Virus record (IMG/VR): IMGVR_UViG_3300006802_016771 | Coordinates: 1-52,584 of that record | DNA: 52,584 nt | Origin: a virus | Taxonomy: Duplodnaviria > Caudoviricetes | Direction: 5' to 3' (one strand) | Shown here: positions 45,803 through 52,584 of the stretch, piece after piece | Layout of the letters: each line of letters begins with the position of its first letter | Position numbering within the stretch: the first letter of the stretch is position 1 | Made by a program: the position numbers and the translations under genes | The notes under the pieces: model-generated | The model's database searches: none | The model's input: the letters and a program-made list of their open reading frames with translations, nothing else | What the model was told of the DNA's origin: nothing

Positions 45803-47463
45803 TATACCCTTATGCGCGGATCAATTACAACTTTCCCATGGGCGCGCACCATGTCGCAAAAATGAATGTGCTCACTTACTGAGAAATTCCCTGATCCATC
45901 TAGGTCACTTTCCCAATGGCACACCTCAAGAACTTTTGTCCTTATACAAACAAATCCTGCAAAAGCGCTACGGACTTCAAAAGGTTCGGTATGATGACCT
46001 GGTGGTCTAATTTCATCACCCTCTAGCGGTCTAAATGCAAATGTGTCATAGTACCCATTAGTCCAAACAGGAGTTCCGAAAGGTGTTACCATCGCAATGT
46101 CCTCGTTATCCTCAAGGACAGAAATCATATTACTCATAATTTCTAGATCAAAAATTACCTCACTATCAATAATGAAAGAGTAGTCTGATTGAGTCCAATC
46201 TTTGCATAGGTTTTTCATTTTATTCCTATACATAGATAAGTCTTTTATTCTCCTTGGGTCATTAGTGGATGGCCAGTGTGTATTCCCTAGCTTTTCGCAA
46301 GAGAATTTACCATTAGAGTGCTTAAAAAAATCTTCTAACAAATTAGGAGTGGTATCGCTACTATCATTCTCGAAAAAATAGTAATTAACTGGACCTTTAT
46401 ACTTATGCTCCATCACCTTTAATCCACCCAATGTTTGACCAATAGACTCCTCGTTGTTTCGGAAACAGCCAAATACATTCACCCTAGAACCGCTCGTAAC
46501 TTTCGAGTGAACGGATAAACCAGAAACACCGATAGATTTTAATAAGTTCCTCATCCTGTCTGCGGTTGATATTTCCCTTATCTCCTCTAAGCCCGCTACG
46601 ATTTTACTCTGCACATGACTAGAGCAAATATTCGCCATGCCTAAATCCATTCTAGCTTGGCTATTTTGATTGGCAGTAATTATAGCACCAAAATTCTCTC
46701 TTATATCTTGAGCAAAAGGTGTAGGGTGAGCAATGCAAGGAATGCCAGCTCGTATTGCCTGCACTATTGTGCTTTCGCTCCTAAACATGGGAGCTATAAC
46801 TAAATCTAGCTCACTAACCTCAAATGGCGTAAATGTTATATACTTATGGTATTCCTCATCTATTTTTTCTAAGATATCAGACACAGTTAATGTATTGACG
46901 TGCTGCCTATAGTTCGTGGCATTTATAAATAACTCAAACTTAGGTAAATGCTTAACTAGTGATTTTATTATTATTTCATATCTTATTTTAAAAAAAGTGC
47001 CCCAAGGTATCCCGACCCTGCAACTATTTTTATATAACACCCAATTAGGCACTTTTAAATTATGGTTATCCTCAACTTCCCCAAGTACCCTATTTTTACT
47101 ATATGGAGGTCCAACTCTACGAATGGTTATTGGTTTCTTCCCCCTTCCTAGTAGTAAATTTTTAGTAAAACTATCTGCAGCGATATAGTTGCAGTCTGGT
47201 AAATCCTCAATTCCAGAAATACTATTATCGCACCACAGGAACCAATCTTTTGTAGCAAATTCCTCTACACCTTTTATCGCGGGTGACCACTGAACTATAA
47301 TATCACCCTTAAGTCCCTTAATTGTCTTTCTTGTCCAATCAATAGTTTCAGGATCAGTTGTATCATAAATGCTAATGGGTTTTATGAAATTATAATCCAA
47401 TACATTCTGGGCAATTAATTTTTGATCAGGATTTGTATCGCAGTAAATGTAGTTGAGCTTCAT
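45790..47463 (-). CDS. two-domain glycosyltransferase (GT-B-like fragment plus GT-A/Anp1-like domain)
   Basis: QAIRAGIPCIA; FFENDSSDTT, YRNK, IIDSEV, YYDTFAFR, SAFAG, SEHIHFC. Confidence 0.75.
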   Translation of the reverse strand: MKLNYIYCDTNPDQKLIAQNVLDYNFIKPISIYDTTDPETIDWTRKTIKGLKGDIIVQWSPAIKGVEEFATKDWFLWCDNSISGIEDLPDCNYIAADSFTKNLLLGRGKKPITIRRVGPPYSKNRVLGEVEDNHNLKVPNWVLYKNSCRVGIPWGTFFKIRYEIIIKSLVKHLPKFELFINATNYRQHVNTLTVSDILEKIDEEYHKYITFTPFEVSELDLVIAPMFRSESTIVQAIRAGIPCIAHPTPFAQDIRENFGAIITANQNSQARMDLGMANICSSHVQSKIVAGLEEIREISTADRMRNLLKSIGVSGLSVHSKVTSGSRVNVFGCFRNNEESIGQTLGGLKVMEHKYKGPVNYYFFENDSSDTTPNLLEDFFKHSNGKFSCEKLGNTHWPSTNDPRRIKDLSMYRNKMKNLCKDWTQSDYSFIIDSEVIFDLEIMSNMISVLEDNEDIAMVTPFGTPVWTNGYYDTFAFRPLEGDEIRPPGHHTEPFEVRSAFAGFVCIRTKVLEVCHWESDLDGSGNFSVSEHIHFCDMVRAHGKVVIDPRIRVYWKK

Positions 47464-49187
47464 CGTACACCAATCATTTCAGTTACTAGAGCTGCCACTA
47501 ATATCATGCATTCACAATCCCAAAAGTGATTATCTTTGCGAGGTTTATTTACCCACTTATATGTAATCTTTCCGTAATTATCTATAATTTCCTCCCTATG
47601 CTCCGCTGACATTTGATTGATATAATCTCTTGTTATGTTTTCTGGCAACTGCCAACTAGGGCCTATACCTTTTTTATACTCAGCCAAAAGGTCTTTTATC
47701 GCTGGGTTGGAATACACGAAAAGTCTTACGGGTCTAACTTGACCTTGACTTACAGTTCCCATTGCTGGGTCTACTAATGTATCTTTCCATGGTTGCCGTA
47801 TTCCATCAACCATGAAGTATTGGAAATCATCACCCTTCATTGGCTTCCATGCATAACCAGATTTAGTAACCTCATTATAGACCGTTGTGGCTAAATAACC
47901 ACTATCTATAACAACATCATCAGAATCTACGCCAAGTTCGTGTATCTTCTCTCGTAGGGAAGAAAAATCAGACACTTTGCCATAATCATACAACCTAGAG
48001 GCTCCTGCTTTACCAAATTGCCTACAAACATAATACAAGCAATCTTTCTGCACATCTGCAGCTAAGAATTTTCGCTCCCCCTCGGGCCAACTATCTAGAA
48101 GCTTATAACTCCCCTTGCGATCCTCAGACCATGAAGAAACATCACCATACTTTAACCTATCTTCCCATGGTTGCCCTAAGCTTTCCGTTATAAATGTTTT
48201 TAATGGCATAGGATCGCCCCAAGAAAGAGCTTTTTTAGCATTTATAAATTCCTCAACCAACTCCCTCCATCGCACCCATTGTGGGAGTAATGCATTCCAG
48301 GTAAAACTTCGTCTTGATGTGGGGGCACTTGGGTTCTTCGCGATCCATTTGCCCGTATTCGTAAGTCTTCTTCTTTCCGCGGGAGTGTCTCTTGTTTCAT
48401 ATCCGCAGTGCGGACATTCAACTCTTATTGTGTCTGCTAGGGCATCAAAATTGTACAAGTCAGGCTTAGTAATCTCATTTGTATCCCACTTCATGTAGTC
48501 CCATATCAGTTCATGATATTCATTGCATTTAGGGCAATTAATATGCCATGATCTCTGATCTCCACGCAGGAACTCTTGATGGACAGTGTCATGCTCTAAA
48601 TCTGGGGTTGAAATAATAACCTGCCTAGCATTCCAAAATGTTCGTGTTCTTTTTAAAACTGTAGGCAAAGCGCCTGGGGGCCAGTTTCTAACCTCATCCA
48701 ATAATAACCACCGCCTAGGTTTTGATTGTAATTTTGAAGGTGCATTAGACCCAACGATCTCTAGCGTCATGTGAGGAAAAAACACTTCCTTACTCTTCAG
48801 TAATTCACGACTACTCGGGAGTAAGCTTCGGACCAATGGACAAGACTTGAGGGAAGGCATCATACGCTCTTTAGCGAATTTTAGTGCCTCCTCTTCGTTT
48901 GATGTCACCCACATACATGGTCCTGGGTCTTCTGCTATTAGCCAACATAGACAAGCCATCATCGTCTCTGTCTTAGCACTCTGCGCAGAGCACATGATGG
49001 ATAGAGTTCTTACTCTATTATCGGCAAAAACTTCCATGAACTCGCGAACCCATGGAGAGTTTGCCGACTTCCATTTACCAGGAAATGGCGAGACTGAAAC
49101 AATAAAATTATCTTCAGCCCACTGCCATGGTGGTCTATTATCGGCAGGCTTCCAAGATTCTTGAGCTACCCGCTCAACTAAATTCAC
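47460..49187 (-). CDS. terL: terminase large subunit, lambda GpA family
   Basis: Walker A CSAQSAKTE, Walker B LLDEV, ISTP, CPKC..CPHC zinc ribbon, ADVQ, IDSG, NHFWDC. Confidence 0.95.
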   Translation of the reverse strand: MNLVERVAQESWKPADNRPPWQWAEDNFIVSVSPFPGKWKSANSPWVREFMEVFADNRVRTLSIMCSAQSAKTETMMACLCWLIAEDPGPCMWVTSNEEEALKFAKERMMPSLKSCPLVRSLLPSSRELLKSKEVFFPHMTLEIVGSNAPSKLQSKPRRWLLLDEVRNWPPGALPTVLKRTRTFWNARQVIISTPDLEHDTVHQEFLRGDQRSWHINCPKCNEYHELIWDYMKWDTNEITKPDLYNFDALADTIRVECPHCGYETRDTPAERRRLTNTGKWIAKNPSAPTSRRSFTWNALLPQWVRWRELVEEFINAKKALSWGDPMPLKTFITESLGQPWEDRLKYGDVSSWSEDRKGSYKLLDSWPEGERKFLAADVQKDCLYYVCRQFGKAGASRLYDYGKVSDFSSLREKIHELGVDSDDVVIDSGYLATTVYNEVTKSGYAWKPMKGDDFQYFMVDGIRQPWKDTLVDPAMGTVSQGQVRPVRLFVYSNPAIKDLLAEYKKGIGPSWQLPENITRDYINQMSAEHREEIIDNYGKITYKWVNKPRKDNHFWDCECMILVAALVTEMIGVR

Positions 49188-49393
49188 TTAATAGCAGACT
49201 TGAAAGCCTTTTTTGACTCACAAACGGTTTGCCTATAGTGTTGGATCATTTCTATAAATCCCGCGAAAGAGTCTTTAGCTGGATCAAATGTATTCAAGGA
49301 GTGACCAGTTTCTTCGTTAAACTTTTCTATCTCCTCGTTTATTATAGTGAGATCAAATATTACTTTATTTCCGTCTAGATTTATTCCATTCAT
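49184..49393 (-). CDS. hypothetical protein
   Basis: Overlaps the terL start; upstream TTGACT-N16-TAATTT-N6-ATG. Confidence 0.6.
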   Translation of the reverse strand: MNGINLDGNKVIFDLTIINEEIEKFNEETGHSLNTFDPAKDSFAGFIEMIQHYRQTVCESKKAFKSAIK

Positions 49394-49399
49394 AGATAG

Positions 49400-49427
49400 A
49401 AATTAGTAAAATCATTAATAAAGTCAA
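49400..49427 (-). promoter_or_regulatory. sigma70-like promoter giving a leaderless transcript into terL
   Basis: TTGACT-N16-TAATTT then 6 nt to the ATG; same hexamers as the promoter at 42117. Confidence 0.45.
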
Positions 49428-50047
49428 CCCTTCCTGCGTGCGAGAATGGCTAATATTTTCTTCTTAGCCAACTGCATATTCGCTTTGGCTTTTCTTTTAG
49501 TTCTAGCGGAAGTTGTGTTTTTCGCGTCTTTCTGCTGTTTCCTAGCTATGTCTCCATAGCCTTTTCCGTCAGAAGCATACATAAATTCCATCAAGTCCTC
49601 TACACTAGGCTCTTCATATTTGAAGATTTTCTTACGAAGGTTTTTTAGCATTCTACCGGTCCGACGTGCTTGACCTTTTACATAAGGATTTACTTTACCC
49701 TTAATTTCAGAAGCTTTCTTTTTAATTTTTTGAGCACTTCCAGGAACTACGGCATTCGCTGCGCCTGAGGCTACTCCTCCGCCTACCCTTCTTGTCGCAT
49801 TGTACCTATTCTTGGCACCCTGGGCATACTTGCTTATCTTGTCGCGATTTTGATAGGCAACAGCACCAGCACCTAGCCCTGCTAAAACGCCTGTTCCGCG
49901 ACCAACAGTCTCTCTAACAGACCCTAATACTCCGCCAACATTTTTATGATCTTCCTCTTCGGCGCGAAATTCAATGTTTTCACCCCTAAGTCTAATAACT
50001 TGGTCTAGTTTTTCATCTAAAGCGATAATGCGTTTTGCGTCATTCAT
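49424..50047 (-). CDS. modular basic Gly-zipper protein
   Basis: GTGVLAGLGAGAVAY; linkers ENIEFRA and VEDLMEFMYA; K/R-rich modules. Confidence 0.75.
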   Translation of the reverse strand: MNDAKRIIALDEKLDQVIRLRGENIEFRAEEEDHKNVGGVLGSVRETVGRGTGVLAGLGAGAVAYQNRDKISKYAQGAKNRYNATRRVGGGVASGAANAVVPGSAQKIKKKASEIKGKVNPYVKGQARRTGRMLKNLRKKIFKYEEPSVEDLMEFMYASDGKGYGDIARKQQKDAKNTTSARTKRKAKANMQLAKKKILAILARRKG

Positions 50048-50061
50048 ACTATTTATTGCGT

Positions 50062-50068
50062 TGTCAAC
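50062..50068 (-). promoter_or_regulatory. GTTGACA element, 14 nt before the ATG at 50047
   Basis: GTTGACA-acgcaataaatagt-ATG. Confidence 0.7.
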
Positions 50069-50870
50069 TAAATCTCTTTCTTGTGAAAGCCGCTAATAAA
50101 CTCTTGCGGAGTAAACTTTTAGCACCACGCCTATTAACACCATGGTTTTTCATGGCCGTTTTTATTGCTTTTTCTTTCTGATTTACATCCAAATCATCAT
50201 ATTTTGCCTTTCTAGCGCGTGTTTTTTGGTTACTAGAAATATTTTTTGCCTCCTTAGCTTTAGCGTTTTGGCGCTGCTTTTGAGTAAAATCACCTCTCTC
50301 GTACTTACCCTTCGTGGGTCTTTGATACTTTTTAGGGTCATCTACCTGGGCGGTTACAATTCCTTGCTTCTTGGCGAAATTACCAGAAGTCTTTATGCTC
50401 ATTTTAGCATTATTCCTCAAGTTTTTGCCGCGCACTTTTGCAGACTCTGCTTCCTGTTGAGTAAGCATTGCAATTTTTGCATTCTCTTTATCAATGCTCT
50501 TGCGAATTGCCGATTTCTTTTTCGTTAACTTATCAGGTAGTACATTAATCTTTTCTAGAGTACCACTTTTTGTTTTTCTATAAATACCATCTTTAATAAC
50601 ACCTATCTTTTTACCCGCGGGTGACTTGGGCGTATTATTACCCTTACCTAAATTACTTGGCAAGGTTTTGGCTCGCCTTCTTCTATCAAACCTAGATCGC
50701 TCTTCATCCTTGAGGGCAAATAGCATCAAAAGTTTCTCATTTCTTTCCGCAAACTCTTTTATTTCTTTCTTAAGCAAGCACTTGCCTGCTTTTGAACAAG
50801 CAACCTTAGACTTACAGGCACTACAAAGTGAGAATGTTGGATTATTGCCGAACGGTTTTATGTCTTTCAC
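50064..50870 (-). CDS. basic protein with 4-Cys motif (start reassigned to GTG 50870)
   Basis: CSACKSKVACSKAGKCL; linker IKEFAERNEKLLMLFA; very K-rich. Confidence 0.7.
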   Translation of the reverse strand: MKDIKPFGNNPTFSLCSACKSKVACSKAGKCLLKKEIKEFAERNEKLLMLFALKDEERSRFDRRRRAKTLPSNLGKGNNTPKSPAGKKIGVIKDGIYRKTKSGTLEKINVLPDKLTKKKSAIRKSIDKENAKIAMLTQQEAESAKVRGKNLRNNAKMSIKTSGNFAKKQGIVTAQVDDPKKYQRPTKGKYERGDFTQKQRQNAKAKEAKNISSNQKTRARKAKYDDLDVNQKEKAIKTAMKNHGVNRRGAKSLLRKSLLAAFTRKRFS

Positions 50871-50885
50871 ATAAAAGCACGACCT

Positions 50886-50892
50886 TGTCAAC
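50886..50892 (-). promoter_or_regulatory. GTTGACA element, 15 nt before the GTG at 50870
   Basis: GTTGACA-aggtcgtgcttttat-GTG. Confidence 0.6.
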
Positions 50893-50893
50893 A

Positions 50894-51454
50894 TTATGAA
50901 CTTAAATGCCCTAGTGCTTCATTAATCGCGTCTTTTAGGAAAGCTTCAGCCTCAGCGGGTTCCATGCCTATAACTTGGGGCGCAGCTTTCGCTGGTATGC
51001 CCAGGAGCACAGTTTTTGACTCTTGTATCATACTAGCCACCCACCTCTTTACGTCATCATTTAATGTATAGTCGCCTCTTTTTACGGAAATTTCATGCTC
51101 CAGCTTTTCGCAAATGAGCTTTAGTTGTCGGATTTTTAAGTCATGTAGATCCTCAGTTTCATCTGGATCGCTTCTTTGGTTAGCTTTAATCCAAGCACGA
51201 ATAGCGAATACATCCCACTTCCCATTCGATAATGGCTCGGGAAAACCAGGCTCTTTTCTCCACCTCTGAATCGTTTTACGATCTACCTTAAATAACTTGG
51301 CCAACTCAGTCTGGTTTTTTGCATAGTGAGGCAAGGTTTCTTTCTCTACCTCGCGTATTAAGATAGCACTCGCTTTATGTAGGTCTTCCTCTGGCACGCT
51401 TTTACCAGCATCGACCTTATCCATTACGTTTTTAGCCCAATCTATATCTGTCAT
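50894..51454 (-). CDS. terS: terminase small subunit (Nu1-like wHTH)
   Basis: NQTELAKLFKVDRKTIQRWRKEPGFP, coiled coil, LLGIPAKAAPQV; upstream of the GpA-type terL. Confidence 0.85.
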   Translation of the reverse strand: MTDIDWAKNVMDKVDAGKSVPEEDLHKASAILIREVEKETLPHYAKNQTELAKLFKVDRKTIQRWRKEPGFPEPLSNGKWDVFAIRAWIKANQRSDPDETEDLHDLKIRQLKLICEKLEHEISVKRGDYTLNDDVKRWVASMIQESKTVLLGIPAKAAPQVIGMEPAEAEAFLKDAINEALGHLSS

Positions 51455-52035
51455 GATTTGTCATGATTTATTCTCCATACATGACTTACGCCACCGACTT
51501 TAGGTGCTGGGGTTTCCCTTACAATAGTGCCATTATATGGCTCAAATTTTGCCTTATAAAAAGATTGGTCATGCAATACATGAGGATATTCCATCCAAGG
51601 CTGACTCTCCCTGTTTGCAGTAGAATAAGTGGATATATATGCGTAACCCGATAGGTGTGCCAAAAGGAGTTTTAAATTTTCGTCAAAAATATCATCAGCT
51701 ATATGTATGAAAACCTGAAATGCCCAAATCACATCAAATTTCTTATAGTTAGGTATTTGATCACTTAAGTATATTTTTTTATTTATACCACTTTTTTCAT
51801 ATATAGATTTACCCACATCAAGTCTCTTCTTTGATATATCATAACCATGGTACTTTCCATCATCTAGGTAATTAATTATATTTATTCCACCCCTCAAAAT
51901 ACCACAACCGAAGTCTAGTAGATCATGGTCTTCCTTTAGTCCAAATCGTATAAGTAATTTCAACTGAGAATCGCGATTTTCCCAGTTATGTTTTGACCCT
52001 ACGAGCTTATAAGCATCATCCATATTGCAGTCCAT
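51451..52035 (-). CDS. class I SAM-dependent methyltransferase (start at 52035 or 52023)
   Basis: LLDFGCGILRGG, YHGYDIS, FDVIWAFQVFIH; the N-terminal extension in the ORF track looks non-coding. Confidence 0.8.
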   Translation of the reverse strand: MDCNMDDAYKLVGSKHNWENRDSQLKLLIRFGLKEDHDLLDFGCGILRGGINIINYLDDGKYHGYDISKKRLDVGKSIYEKSGINKKIYLSDQIPNYKKFDVIWAFQVFIHIADDIFDENLKLLLAHLSGYAYISTYSTANRESQPWMEYPHVLHDQSFYKAKFEPYNGTIVRETPAPKVGGVSHVWRINHDKS

Positions 52036-52199
52036 ATTGCAATTTATACATAAATAGAGGGGGGCTTCAATACCGTTTTTTCGACAAGCGGAACTTAAAA
52101 ATATAGTAAACTTATTATGCTTAACTTTACTTAAAGCATTGAATATCAACAACTTACAACAAAATTTGACAAGCATGGTATAATGAAGTTGGCTGAAAT

Positions 52200-52584
52200 T
52201 ATGCCAATCCCCCCCACAGCCTGCGCAAGCGGGAGCGCATACATGTAAGGATGCCACACACTCATGTATGCGGGGGCGCACGTACACACGGGAGAGTACG
52301 TATCAAGGCATTGTCCACCCACGCACAGTCGCATGGATGCGTTCATGCGCGCGTTTCTAAGGGTGGGCATGACTTTCTTCATTACGCATAAGCGTCCGCG
52401 CGTACGCTAGTGCGTACACATAACACACGCGCACAGGAGACACCAAAATGTCATACATAAATAACCTATGGAGTGCGCTCGTAAGCGCACCTGCAACCGT
52501 AACCCCAACCAAAACCAAAAAAGCCAAGGCTAAGCGCGTCCGCAAGTCACGCACGTACACGCTCACGGGCTACACCGCGAGCGC
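52200..52584. other. GC-rich, probably non-coding region with alternating purine-pyrimidine tracts and short repeats
   Basis: cgcacgtacac at 52277-52287 and 52550-52560; gcgtccgc twice; taagcg three times. Confidence 0.6.

Noticed and set aside
52036-52566. ORFs 52146..52382 and 52357..52566, and the N-terminal extension of 51451..52287
   Set aside because: C/V/A/Y/R-rich translations typical of RY-repeat non-coding DNA
1-52584. tRNA, integrase/att sites, IS elements, introns/inteins, stop-codon reassignment
   Set aside because: None recognised by eye; core genes are intact and of normal length under the standard code. tRNAscan/Infernal were not run

Overview
This window is most or all of a tailed dsDNA phage genome with siphovirus-like, lambda-type packaging and head genes. 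Almost every gene is on the minus strand. Read in transcription direction (right to left), it carries: SAM methyltransferase, terS, basic proteins, GpA-type terL, glyco-modification cluster 1, a two-gene plus-strand regulatory island (sigma-region-4-like HTH plus DUF3102-like protein), gpW-like protein, lambda-type portal, basic proteins, prohead protease with nested scaffold, cement, major capsid protein, connectors, two tail-tube paralogues, chaperone, tape measure, two paralogous tail proteins, a 2043-aa fibre, membrane/lysis genes, metallophosphoesterase, 2OG-Fe(II) oxygenase, glyco-modification cluster 2, recombination/replication genes (RecT-like, Cas4-like nuclease, DUF669 SSB-like, RuvC, primase-helicase), a C5 DNA methyltransferase, and a third cluster of basic proteins. 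I recognised no integrase, DNA polymerase, endolysin, tRNA or CRISPR array. Four observations stand out. (1) Nine K/R-rich, mostly Gly-zipper proteins are largely built from modules separated by a recurring (M/L)S[AS]..[IL]EF[GA]-type linker whose core also occurs in the scaffold and portal, suggesting capsid-packaged, protease-processed polyproteins. (2) A (G)TTGACA-N13-15-start-codon element precedes nine putative late genes, and one copy overlaps the start codon of the sigma-4-like HTH gene. (3) The C5 methyltransferase is dual-coded: two frames start at a shared ATGTG, and the second frame carries six W[PA]TP units plus motif IX. (4) The fibre is pseudo-palindromic, with an acidic collagen-like arm, a CGPPC turn and a basic poly-GGX arm. 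All product calls come from motif recognition by eye, not database searches.
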